A stretch of 63,810 bases of DNA, filler included, from Collodictyon triciliatum (GCA_043381765.1; 6 parts of 6 records of this genome joined end to end with filler, not necessarily neighbours in it), one strand, 5' to 3'. Shown: positions 47,001-58,489, counted from the first letter of the whole stretch. The notes: generated from the sequence alone by a model not told the origin. Numbers and translations are program-made.

Positions 47001-48162
47001 TAGGTATGCAACTACTGGAGTAGGCACACCAAAAATTGTAATGCGACAAATGGGTGTAGGTAGTGGTAATGTGTATGCAACTACTAGGAGTCAAAATATA
47101 CAAACTGATAATATACAAACTGAAAATAAAAATATCAGTGATTATATGCAAAGTAACCCAAGTCAAGCAGAAAGTAGTAAATCCAAAAAATATGCTAGAG
47201 TGAGTATAACTAGAGGTGGTGACCCAATGACACCAGGAACAAAGTCTAGGACTCTTGGTGTACTAAAACGGTCCGAAAGATCAAGTGCGCCAGGAGTTTA
47301 TTTAGACCCCGAATTTGATGACCTACCCCGTGACGAAACGGGAGCAGTGCAAGTAACTCAAAATGTTCTAGCCGAATATCCTTCAAGAATGAACTTTGTA
47401 AATTTCGGTGCCATAAATGCTGAGACACAGGCAATAGTTGCACGGCCCGCATTTAACGAAAATCTTAAAACAAACATTGATAGATTTGTAAGTGACTTAA
47501 ATTTTGCTATTGTTAACATTGCTTGTATCAAAAAGAAAAAGAAAGATGCTCAAATTATTCCACCAAATCTAGACCCAGAAAATCCTATTGAAGTTGAGGA
47601 TGACCCTGATGAAATTATTCAACCACAAAGACCTATTTATATAAATGGTGAAGAAGTTTACAGTTACGATAATATTTTAAAACTGCTACAACAATACGAC
47701 ATAAGGTGGGAAGAAATTACAAAAGAACCTGCCCTTGCAAAAAAAATATGTCAGTATGCGTTTGGCACTGCAGATCTCCAATATACAAATTACGATAAAT
47801 TAAATACGAATCTGAAATATGCTATGAAAATTGGAGCTTTCCCATTCAAATACGAGCGCAAGGAAGGCGAAAAGCGCGAAGCCAAACTTCAAAATGTGGC
47901 ATATCTCCCCAATCAAGGAATGGGCCGCGTCGTCAATTCTGACCTCGGCACAATTATTATTCCAGGCCAATCCAAGTATTCCATCAGACGCGAGGGCCTC
48001 AATTACGTCGTCCACGGCGGCGGCCAGAAACGCGCATTCGGGTCTGCCAAGGACGCCCAGTATTTCGTATCCTCCGGTGCATTCGGCCGCAAATCTTACG
48101 GGCCAATTACCGAGCGAATCTTTGGCACACCTATGAAGAATCTTTCACAGGCTATTTATTAA
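44059..48162 (+). CDS. Viral 1367-aa protein with a long central coiled coil; function unknown
   Basis: Uninterrupted 4.1-kb ORF with A/T-biased codons, a heptad-rich region at ~46110-46920 and Pro/Thr-rich linkers. Confidence 0.88.
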   Translation: MSGKQPTREEIIKIYEKEMAKKGFDLTTWREIGRTQFGIDTSRMLAQRQIIEAIAVIKADKDIKEQQEKAKKPQTTTPRPPAQSPRPTAQSPLPQAEPEPETVEIVTEKTLKRLYANFPRKEFEDKLYKDFKRRLPKDYKEADAVDFYLKLQKENYVKVMAEKFAKAAKTKNDVLRFYKFFIDTAAGLDEYATYEHPLMQDIVNHSNTTGVNIQKLAEFALNDYYDQMYKVTEFLQLLKSDSVVDQRKAKKMQDDGEEPGEPYDLEDYIDQLFKKYVNGLVEIKDVKNYQTYLEWFKQQHQPYIVNEFFYGQDEENPDWRNERSEINYLRQALFETFNQKSVAEYEDLVYKYVYNPDDTVDDVLQKYADRLLVLQPGAAVNAKFTKWPASKLAETIETREEKSRNPFKGKDLNFVIGGHDSKTFYSYVPYTIEDTDEPLGVADPTPQRQLIMSPKSSKFFFRMQKDKPTEDTPTQEETATPIPETREQKRERIQKELQERQRRESTAITSNVRGAENVVEATKSIRDLERVFEREEPVVIDDDEPVFTPDKSMISAQSGEESFGSFESASSATFQKPTTPYAFSPSLLAPVSMSGGAGQPGRRTSVPAITTKATDVSQAKFGTPTEGTFDTSQLIPGPRSHQGGTITPEDLKPITFADTPVPQPQTQLSGRFVTDAPAPPPPDLTNELKAANENILQLQSEKEQLLETYKISAEKNKSLKRDNDNLSKLYEGTKRTKDGLEKEVEKLKSVEVTLKTKESELAALQDTYSSLVTAQKASKTRNDNLTSEIAGYKEREAGLIRANETLKQEYASLEVNYKLLEKKNTTGAENVEAIKKATETLNAQLATANSRLTEFERNSSVVVAERNRLREDLKIAQEQLTDIDRAKQQTDSRNVDLNAQNIRLQQKVDELQLTIQQNEQDIQAYNQQITELTETNATDTERYNELIENYMVLLKKSNVAMADEQVGTEIVMREMGVGSSIRYATTGVGTPKIVMRQMGVGSGNVYATTRSQNIQTDNIQTENKNISDYMQSNPSQAESSKSKKYARVSITRGGDPMTPGTKSRTLGVLKRSERSSAPGVYLDPEFDDLPRDETGAVQVTQNVLAEYPSRMNFVNFGAINAETQAIVARPAFNENLKTNIDRFVSDLNFAIVNIACIKKKKKDAQIIPPNLDPENPIEVEDDPDEIIQPQRPIYINGEEVYSYDNILKLLQQYDIRWEEITKEPALAKKICQYAFGTADLQYTNYDKLNTNLKYAMKIGAFPFKYERKEGEKREAKLQNVAYLPNQGMGRVVNSDLGTIIIPGQSKYSIRREGLNYVVHGGGQKRAFGSAKDAQYFVSSGAFGRKSYGPITERIFGTPMKNLSQAIY

Positions 48163-48192
48163 ACAATTCTTATTATTCATAAAAATTGTTTA
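48160..48192. terminator. Bidirectional hairpin spanning the stop codons of two convergent viral genes
   Basis: TAAACAATTcTTAT-tattc-ATAAaAATTGTTTA: 14-bp stem with one mismatch (G-U on the minus transcript) and a 5-nt loop. Confidence 0.65.
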
Positions 48193-48372
48193 CGCGGATG
48201 TTAAAGCAGGAGTACAGTTAAATCGAGTTGAATCAACCATCCAGCGTCCTATAGTGGTACGGAAATTAGTAGCTGTAAAATTGGTTCCTTCTGTTACAGT
48301 GTAAGTTGTTCCTCCAAGTGCGATACCTGTGCCACTAGACCCGAGCACAAAGGCGTTATTTGTTGGACTAAC
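48190..48372 (-). CDS. C-terminal fragment of a further viral ORF (Thr/Gly-rich, beta-strand-like)
   Basis: ...VSPTNNAFVLGSSGTGIALGGTTYTVTEGTNFTATNFRTTIGRWMVDSTRFNCTPALTSA*; the frame is open to the scaffold edge. Confidence 0.55.
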   Translation of the reverse strand, partial: VSPTNNAFVLGSSGTGIALGGTTYTVTEGTNFTATNFRTTIGRWMVDSTRFNCTPALTSA

Positions 48373-48374
48373 TG

Positions 48375-48474
48375 NNNNNNNNNNNNNNNNNNNNNNNNNN
48401 NNNNNNNNNNNNNNNNNNTTAATTAATTAANNNNNNNNNNNNNNNNNNNNNNNNNNNNNNNNNNNNNNNNNNNN
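48375..48474. other. Artificial scaffold linker
   Basis: TTAATTAATTAA at 48419-48430 between N runs. Confidence 0.95.
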
Positions 48475-48519
48475 TTTTATAAAAAAAAAAAAAAAAAAAA
48501 AAAAACTTTTTTATAACGT

Positions 48520-51500
48520 ACTTCAGTTGGCGGAATAAAAATGAAGACTCGATTTTTCGTGGGGTCTTTGTGGTATTTGGCTTGAGACCTTAAAAAAATG
48601 TTCATTACATACGTTCGTTAGTGCTGCCGAAGGAAAGATTACGAAATGAAGAGAAAAGGGTAAAACATTCTGCCAATTTCATAAAGAATAGTGTAGGTCC
48701 AACAACTTGAAAAAATTAGAAGCGTGAATTGAATAGAAAAATATTGACTTTACATCTGACATAGTGTGGCTGCGTTGCGTTGAGAGTTGTCATTAGGGAC
48801 GTAAGTTGTTCCTATGGAATAAGTAATAATGTCAACTCCAGAGAGAAATGTTGAGGTAGGGCTCATTCTCTGTTAACATAGCTGGCCAGTAATTTTTGAA
48901 TTATCTATGAATTAATAATAATGGGGGAAACCTTGAAGTATATGGCAATAGTCTGCTTTGTTGCCGGGGCTCTTTTCCTTTCCTTTTCTTTTGACTAATA
49001 TTTCATATCGGAGAAAATGTTATAGACTAGGAATCCCGTGAAAAAAAAAACTAGACACTTTTACGTGTTTTCATGACGAGTGAGAATGCTCAAGATTATG
49101 GTTCAATCGGTCGAAACAGGGAGACTAAAATAAAAAACATATAAAAATAAAAATAAAAAGATTATACTAGCCTTGGGATTATCCTCTGGAAACAATGCAC
49201 GAATGGTCTCTGATTTGGAATTTTGCATAGCTTCGATGTAGTCAAAATATAGAGTATCTTTGTTTTTATCAGTAAATCCTTCAATATTGTATGTAACCTA
49301 AAATACGCTGCTGGTTATTAATGAACGTATTTCACTCGCAATACAAACTCCTTTTGAGACCATCCTTGACTAAAGATATCAGCTGCGTATATATCGCGAT
49401 ATGAAAAAATTTTTTTTGTGTAAGTTGATATTGTACAGATCCAGCATAGTGCTTCACGCCGAAAGTCCCGTTATTAACTCGAGGCTTTTCATAGTACGGG
49501 TTCTTTTCATGATTTTTGTGGAACTAAATTGATGTATGAAATAAAAAAAATGCATCAATTCTACTTGGGTCTAATTTCATTTCAAAACCATTCTATACCA
49601 TTTCTTTACATTTTGAATTGGTGATCAATCAAAAGAGTGCATATACATAAAACATGTGAAAATGGTGGAAAGATTAGAAAAGCTACCTTTTCTAACATCA
49701 TTTGGTCCCCTCCTTTCGGGGCCTTGCATATTTCGTCGATTAAAGATACGATTCCCAGAGGTTTCTAATTATATATAAGTGAGGGACATTTTGCGAATGA
49801 GGTTTTAATTTATGGTAAAGTGCGAAAGTCAAGATTGACATCTTTAAAGCAATACCTTCTCTACAAGGTCTATGCAGTCTTGATTATCGACAAAATCGAT
49901 ATTTGACCAGGAAATTTTTTCTTTCATGTATTCCTATGGATGTTTATTTAAAGTAGAATAGTTATACAATGTTGATAAAATTTCGTCTGAATTAAAAAAA
50001 AAGGCGTAGTGTAATTTTGTTATCTTGTGTAAGTAATTCTAATCATATGGAAGACCTCTTGTTCTGTTTTAAATATGAATTGATTGAAATGTTGCTGCAG
50101 CTTTTCATTTGCAAAGTTAATGCAGAGCTGCTCGAATGAATTGTGCTGTTGTATATATGTGATCAGTCAATATGCGAATGAATTTGATATTTATAACGTT
50201 TGTTCTGCTAAATCGAAGTTGGAAAATAAAATGTCCTGCTCTTCTTTTTGGGGATAATACCTTGAATATCTCAAATCCAAAGATATCAAGAACTCCGATC
50301 AGATTCTTTTTCTTTCCTTGACGAATGCTATTGAAAAATATTTTCAAAGAATTTATCTCCATCGTTACAAGCCTTATAAGTAATTTCATGAGAATATATA
50401 TTATAAAGCTACATCACATATTGTGATGTTTTTTTTTCGAGAAAATATTATTGTATAGACCTGTCGTTGATTCTAGAAACAATCCAGTCAAACATTCTTC
50501 CGTATATGGACTTCGCAAAGGCATCTCTCCCTTCAACAGCCTATGACAATTAGATTATGAACCTCCACAAATTTAAAGAAATAAATTAATGCATATTTTC
50601 AGATATTAAAAAAAGTCTACTTCTGTGTGCTTAAGAGGCACAGTAATCACGCTTCCTGCGATAACATTGGTTCTGTTGACCATTGCGTTTGAAAGCAACT
50701 CGACTGTGGTTCCGAATATCGATGCAGCCTTGCTAACCACTAGATTATTTAAATTTTCAATGAATAACATGCCAAGATACACCGTGATTTTTTTTCATTA
50801 TGAAAAAGTACTCTTGCTTTCAAGGATAGCTTCACAATGACATCACATGCAAATTTCAGAAGCCTTGACAATTTCAACGTTTTTGGTGCATAAAACTTTT
50901 CATTAAAAGAATAAACGAGTGTCATTTAATATGATAACCTTCTGGATTTTCAACTGTGCTACTTTCGCCGTCAGCTGACCCTTGAAATTTTATGTTTCCT
51001 ATCATCAAAATTCCAGACAATATACGAAAGATTGCGTCGATTTCATCGTCGCTCATGTTAAGGACTGACAAGGCCATCTAATTGTTACAGCAAAAGAATA
51101 TATTAAGCTAAATAAGTTGGATTTTGCATTTGTGTCATGACACGTCTAAACACACTCAATTACGCTTGCTCTTTACTTTGACTCGATCGAACTCTTCGGC
51201 ATCGTTAATGTGTGGAATTCGCATGCATCCACTTTGATTCAGATAGTGATAATCCTCGGGTGACATAATGCCATACTTTTCTATTTTAATTATACTCGAC
51301 TTAGCTTTCATATGCTATGGGTATTTAATGGCATCCGTGGTACCTCGTTCCTCTGGGGTAGCTCCCAGAGTAATCTGATAGAAAATGTGATAATTTCTCT
51401 CATCTGCTGCTTGGGAGACTATTCGAGACTGCTCATGAACGTTAGTAATCCCGATAAAAAATAATATTAAAAAAAAAAGAGGAAATAGAATCATCAATGA

Positions 51501-53299
51501 CTGAGCAATTCGAATTTCAAAGAAGCTATAAAGTTGCTCAAAATCATTGCAACATCATTTAGAATTAAGTAGAACCTTTTCAAGGAGATCTATAAGAATT
51601 TTTTGTGGTTTAGTCAAAACATCAGTATAATTGAGCTCTTGAATAAAAATAATTAAAAAAATACATGAAAGCCCAGTCATTTTAATGACACTACAAGGTG
51701 AACTATTTTGTCCATTCTCTATTTTGTTTTAAAATTATTATAAAACCACCAGATATTAAGCCATACTTACAATTAATGATGCTTGCACCGCATATTCTAT
51801 TATCCTGATCAAAGTGAATCTCGATGAATTTCCCCTGCGTGGTTTGTTTGTTTGTTTGTTTGTTTGTTTGTTTGTTTGTTTGTTTGTTTGTTTGTTTGTT
51901 TGTTTGTTTGTTTGTTTGTTTGTTTGTTTGTTTGTTTGTTTGCGAAATTAAGGGCAGATGAAACTTCTTTAAACATTATCTGTCCATCATGTTTTACGAC
52001 AGGGTTTTTTCTATTCAAAAGATATTAATTTATATAAAAAATTGCACTACGAACTGCTCATGAATGTTTGGACTTACAAATCGGGATGAATTATCATTTC
52101 TTATTGTTTTTGCATTTCCAAAGGCCTCAAGAACAGGAGACGAGTCGAGAATCTGCTGTTCAACCCATGAATGATGCCCACTGACAGCTGCCAAATACTG
52201 CAAGATAAGCTTGGTCGCCTCCGTCTTGCCTGCACCAGATTCCCCACTGAATTTGATTTTACAATTATCAAACCAATTAGATTAACGATTTTAATTCAGC
52301 ATATATGATTTCTTAGCTGTCAATTTTCGAATACAAAACAACACGATATTCATAAAAGTGTCAATCTGCAAGTTTGACTGATTTAGCAGGGTCGCAGGTG
52401 ATATATTAATTGCGAAAGTACCTGATGATTATGGACTGATCAAGAGAATTATCACACATATTTCTATATGCGTTGTCAGCAATCGCGAATATATGAGGCG
52501 GAAGCGCACCGATTCTTTCGTTTCGATAAGAGTGCATAATTTCGTTTGTGTAGATCGGTAGCGTCTATGTTATTTTGTTTTGAACTAACTTGAAAAAAAG
52601 ATAATGATAGAAAGAGACACCATGCAGAAATAGTGTTTATTTTCGCAGTTGCATTTGACGAGTATCGTTGTTGAATCATGAAAATCTTGGAATTATTATA
52701 GACGCGGACAAAGCTCTACTCAGACGAAAGTAGTAGATTATCACCTGATAAGGATTTACAGATACGAGAATGGCGCCAGTGTACGTGTATATCTTATCGT
52801 TCTCAAATCTATCTCTGATTGTGTGGAGCAACCCTGCCTCATGCAAGTCTCCAAGATGAACCTTTAATATGGAAACGTTTAGGATATTATACATGGACTT
52901 TTTTTTTATAGAGTACAACCGCGGTGGAAATATATTATAAATACACCGATAAAAATCAGCATATGTATTTTCGCATGAGTTTCCTCTCCTTTTTTTTTGA
53001 ACGGAGTGGTCGTGTTAATATACTAAAACCAAAAGAATTGAATGCATAACGAAATAACTTCATCAACCATAATTTATTATGAATGAAAGCAAACCATGTC
53101 GTCTAGTCCTTTCATGCAGGTTGGGTGGACAACTTGGAGAGATGCAAGCTTCCCCTTTTCGACAGTCGTTGTCTGAGTGAAGAGAAACGTTAGTGTGATA
53201 GGTTTCTATAATTTGAATTAAAAAAAAAGATGTGTTCTAATGGAGCGATGATAATAAGCCGTTAAGAAATTATGAGCTCGTCGCACAACTTAAGCGTTC

Positions 53300-53398
<99 letters not shown>

Positions 53399-53743
53399 GA
53401 AAGTAAAGTGTAAAGGATAATAAGACATACCTTTCCTGAGGGCGACGTCAAGACTGCGTTCTCTCCTTCAAACTCATCCAGTTTGTAAGGAAACCAAGAC
53501 TCATCTTCTGTAGTAATCCAAAAATATGTTCCCTATTGACGCGTACAGGATATTATTCGTCATGTATTCTATTTGTCAACTCCTTTGTGCAGTAAAAAAA
53601 AAAAAAAAAAAGAAACAATCATACTAGAAGACAGAATTATGTATTATCCACTTCCTATGAAAATAAAACAAATGTATATATAACCGCGAAGGAAAGTATC
53701 CACGGAGCCAGAAAAGTGCACCCACCAACTCTGGGAGCGCCAT
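48520..53743 (-). CDS. Myosin motor domain, myosin-VII/MyTH4-FERM-like; intron-rich, 3' part missing
   Basis: [72 protein letters not shown] (52080-52248), [24 protein letters not shown] and [14 protein letters not shown]. Start exon MALPEL at 53743 is tentative. Confidence 0.93.
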
Positions 53744-54278
53744 CGTCCGTCTTTTCTCCCTCCTTTTTCCTGCCAAAGAAGACAAAGCCAATAGCAAAAC
53801 AAAGAATCAATCAGGGCCCCCAAACAAGCGGATAAGCGACACAGGAGCTCAAACACGCGTCGATTAGTTCCGAGAGACAGAGAGAGCGAGCGACTAATCG
53901 AAGGAAGCAGCTTGCCTTCCCATTGGGCACCGATCAAGCGCCCAGCCAAGCAGTCTTTATATACACAAAACGCCCAAACATCCGCTTTGACACATGATAA
54001 CCGCAAAGCTGTGAAGCTTACTTTGTCACCTGTCTCGCCTCGAAATGACATGAAACCCTGGCCAGTGCACCAGGGTATTGGTGTCACATCTATTTCCTTT
54101 TTAAATGATTCCGAGATGGAATCTATTTAAGGTATGATAACCTGAAGCTCTGTCAAAACAGGCGTCACAAACACAATCTTGCGCGTGGATCTGTGGAGGC
54201 GGAAACGGAGCTCGCGTGGGGGTTTCCTTGGTTGGCGCTTTTCTTCAACTCACAAGAGCTTTTCGCCAAGTGGCAACC

Positions 54279-57200
54279 ATGTTATGGGAGGACGACAGTG
54301 ACGATTTTCTTGGGGAGGACTTTTCATCGAATCCGCACAATGAGCCAGACATCTACGCGAGTTTGCAGACGAGCTCGGATGAGGACGATGTGGCTGGGTC
54401 GGCGGGTTCCTCAGAGTTGGGGCAGGCTTCGCATCCGCGACTCGTGAAGAGATATCCGGATGAAAAGATCATGCGTACTCTTTCGTATATTCTCAGGCAT
54501 GGCTCTCTGCGGCATTCCATAGCTATAGACGAAGCTGGTCTGTGATGTGGGCTCTTTTTACCATTTGTTTTTTTTTATTACTGTTTTTTATTACTGTTTT
54601 TTATTACTGTTTTTTATTACTGTTTTTTATTACTGTTTTTTATTGCTGTTTTTTTATTACTGTTTTTTATTACTGTTTTTTTATTACTGTTTTTTATTAC
54701 TGTTTTTTTATTACTGTTTTTTTATTACTGTTTTTTTATTACTGTTTTTTTATTATTGTTTTTTTATTACTGTTTTTTTATTACTGTTTTTTTATTACTG
54801 TTTTTATTACTGTTTTTATTACTGTTTTTTTATTACTGTTTTTTATTACTGTTTTTTATTACTGTTTTTTATTACTGTTTTTTTATTGCTGTTTTTTATT
54901 ACTGTTTTTTTATTACTGTTTTTTATTACTGTTTTTTTATTACTGTTTTTTTATTACTGTTTTTTTATTACTGTTTTTTTATTACTGTTTTTTTATTACT
55001 GTTTTTTTATTACTGTTTTTTTATTACTTTTTTACTGCTTTTTTTTTTATTGCTGTAATGATTTTCCTGGCAATAAGTACACTAAAAAATATTTTTACTT
55101 GGTGACCGCCTTTTCTTATTCTAATTAATTGTTTGTCTAAAAAAAAAGGCTTCATGAAAATGACTGATGTTGCAGCTTTTGTGGAGACCAGACACCCAGA
55201 TGTTGAGCGGAAGCAAATCGAAAGGGTGGCAAAATCATCAGTGTCTTTGGAACAGGGTCTGATGTTGTTTGAAAGTAAGCTCATTGATGGTGAAAAGTAC
55301 ATTCGTGCGAGATTTGGGCTCACAGAGAAAGTAAAAAAAATTGCGCCGATATATGTTTCGTTTTTTCTTTTTTACTCTTTTGCGTTTTTTTCTACTTTTT
55401 TTTGCTCAATTTATGCAAAATTTTATGTCTAACTTGTTGCGTAACAATTAATTGTTAATCAAATTAGTATGTCTTTTCCGCTAGGATAGCTCTCCTCCAA
55501 TCAAAATAAAGCTCATGTTAACTAATTACCTATTTAAAAAGGGAGATACTGTGAAGAAATTATCAAAAGTGCGCAGCTTGCTTGGGATATGTTTGGACTA
55601 CATTTCGTCGCATATGTCCCTTTTTCGGGGATACGATGTGCCTAATTTTCTTCAACCTGCAATGACCGAAGTCTGATGTGAATCAATTATAAGGCGATTT
55701 AACATGCTTCTATTTCAAAAACGATATTAAATATCAATATGGATATATATGGATAATAGCCCCATTTTTCCTTCTCATGATATGAACACTTTTTTACTTC
55801 GTAAAGAAAAAAGGAAATTGATGCATGAAATAACTGCAAAAATGAAATACACGAAGGTTCTGATGCAAACGCTCAAATCCAAGAATTTTTTGACAAATAA
55901 AGTTCTGAAAGAACATTTCATAACACCTGAGGTTTAGTTTTGATTCCTTCGACCATATTCGTTCTGTGAGCTATCTAAGTTTGCTTTTAAGGACCTCCAT
56001 AATTTTTGAAATGGATTCAAAAATAATTTTAGATTGTTTCCTTTGATTTCTCCGGTACGTTTGTCACAGACTCGGCTCTTCGAGATATTGGGAAAACTTG
56101 TGTTTCTGTTCGAAAACTTGTCCTTGCTAAGCAGGTCTGAAATATTACTCATTATTACTATTTTTAAAAAAAATGATAAACTAGAAATCCATCGTCATTT
56201 TTTTCGGAAATTGCATGATTTTATCACTTAACAACGCTCTCCGTTGCTGTTTTCAATGGGAAAAAAAAAAGGCATCCATCACGGATAATACTCTGTCTCT
56301 GGCTGTAAAGTGGTACTTTATTATTTTAGATTGAATGAAATCTTTCCTGGCCACTTAATCTTACTATTATTATGTCATATTTAATACTTTATTGCCCCGG
56401 TATTGTGTGTTTCGATTAATTCTGTAGATGAATATTTATCGACAGCATTACTATTTTAATTTGGTTTTATTTATATTTATTTATATTATTTTTTATTTAT
56501 TTTTATTTATTTTTATTTATTTTTATTTATTTTTATTTATTTTTATTTATTTTTATTTATTTTTATTTATTTTTATATATTTAAATAGCATGGAAAATCT
56601 ACATACGCTTATATTATCCGAGTGCTCCAATATCACCTCAAAAGGCATTTTGAGCTCCAGTAAAAAATGGCTCAATATGACCCATTTGAACTTATCTAAG
56701 TGAATTTTTAAAATGATGTGTCGTCTCACCAAATATGACTCACTATATTTTATTCTGATGATTATATCATAATAATTTCCTGATGTATCTGTATTATTAG
56801 ATGCTCCCGAATAGGGGATAGTGGGATTATTCAAATAGCAAATGTGTGCAAGAATCTGGAAAGCTTAGATGTTTCCTTTCTTCATCAGGTATCTACAATA
56901 CTTTGTATGTTTTTAGAAAAAAAATTATATGAATGCATGTTAAAATTAACCATTTGTAATGTGTAATCATCAGGTCACAGACAAAGGCTTGGTTGCAATC
57001 GCTGCTATGTGCACCAATATCACATCTCTCAACTGCATCCAAGTCCCGCTCGTATCTGACACATTTTTGCAAACTGTTTCATCGAATCTTCACCGCTTAG
57101 AAAAACTTCTCCTCAAAATGAATTCGAATGTGATTCTTGTTTTGTTTCCTAATTTTTGATTCGATTATTTATTATATGAGTATTTAATACTGTTGGAACT

Positions 57201-57890
57201 TATCTTCTCATATACCATATATCTATAGATAACTTCCTTTGAAAATATAGGTGACTGATGATGGTGTTACGATGGTTCTCCAAAGCTGTCCACGTCTCCG
57301 TTTTCTTAGTGTGGCTCAGTGTGATAAAGTAACCACGGCATCGGTGGCCTACTTGCAAAATGTAACTCCTATAAACGCTATTAAAATATTTACAGNNNNN
57401 NNNNNNNNNNNNNNNNNNNNNNNNNNNNNNNNNNNNNNNNNNNNNNNNNNNNNNNNNNNNNNNNNNNNNNNNNNNNNNNNNNNNNNNNNNNNNNNNNNNN
57501 NNNNNNNNNNNNNNNNNNNNNNNNNNNNNNNNNNNNNNNNNNNNNNNNNNNNNNNNNNNNNNNNNNNNNNNNNNNNNNNNNNNNNNNNNNNNNNNNNNNN
57601 NNNNNNNNNNNNNNNNNNNNNNNNNNNNNNNNNNNNNNNNNNNNNNNNNNNNNNNNNNNNNNNNNNNNNNNNNNNNNNNNNNNNNNNNNNNNNNNNNNNN
57701 NNNNNNNNNNNNNNNNNNNNNNNNNNNNNNNNNNNNNNNNNNNNNNNNNNNNNNNNNNNNNNNNNNNNNNNNNNNNNNNNNNNNNNNNNNNNNNNNNNNN
57801 NNNNNNNNNNNNNNNNNNNNNNNNNNNNNNNNNNNNNNNNNNNNNNNNNNNNNNNNNNNNCTCGAAATTATCGCAGAAACCATCGAATAA
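54279..57890 (+). CDS. Fusion of a degenerate Tpt1/KptA N-terminal lobe, a BC-box-like motif and Cys-containing (RNI/Rad7/FBXL-type) LRRs; multi-exon, spans a gap
   Basis: Exon 54279-54537 has RTLSYILRHGSLRHSIAIDEAG; exon 55149-55330 has FMKMTDV...YIRARFGLT; exon from 55485 has VRSLLGICLDYISSH. Later exons read LILSECSNITSKGI, VTDKGLVAIAAMCTNITSLN and VTDDGVTMVLQSCPRLRFLSVAQCDKVT. Probable end LEIIAETIE* at 57890. Confidence 0.72.
54565..55050 (+). repeat. Intronic (TTATTACTGTTTT)n array
   Basis: Visible 12-14-bp units with a variable T tract inside intron 54538-55148. Confidence 0.92.
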
Positions 57891-58489
57891 ATCATCTCAT
57901 TTCATTCATGTGGATTTTTGGGCTTTGTGCAATATAATTAAATGAACTTTATATGAAGCACTTCTGCAAAATAGGCCGGACTTAATGCGTTTCCACCAAC
58001 ATCTCGATTTCTGTGCGACCGCCTAACTATACTGTCTTTTCATTCTTTTTTCTTTCTTTCGTTGTGTAGTAGGCCTCTGATTTTTCCTGGTATTGCTTAT
58101 CCAAGCCCTTCTTAGTCCGCTTTGTCTTCGAGGAAACATCATTCCTGACGTTTGATGCCCACTGTCACCCGCGACGATTGGTAATTTCGGTGCGTCTTTC
58201 GGGGGATTTCCAGGAAGTTGTCCGCAGAGCGCCCGGAACAAAACAAGAAACCAGGAAACCCTCTCACTATTTTAACATATGTTTTCGCCCCAGGCCATTT
58301 ATTACGGCCTGTTCTCTTTCCATGCTCTTCCGCTTCCCTGGAGTTTTTTTTCTTTTTTTTCTTTCTTTTTTTGCATTTTTTTTTTAAAAGCAAGATATAT
58401 TTTCAGAAAACAAAAACAGCATCAAAGCCGCCAACAAAAGTACACCAACTGGGAAACTCATTTGTATCGTGCATATACCAGTCCAGGAC

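Larger units (their letters stand above)
41052..48374. mobile_element. Endogenous Polinton-like virus / virophage-type element (partial; right end cut by the scaffold edge)
   Basis: Intronless, tightly packed ORFs with A/T-ending codons and no microsatellites, unlike the host genes. Includes a double-jelly-roll-type major capsid gene. Left boundary is approximate. Confidence 0.82.

Noticed and set aside
54542-55128. Hydrophobic ORFs rich in FFYYCFLLL
   Set aside because: Translation of an intronic simple repeat.
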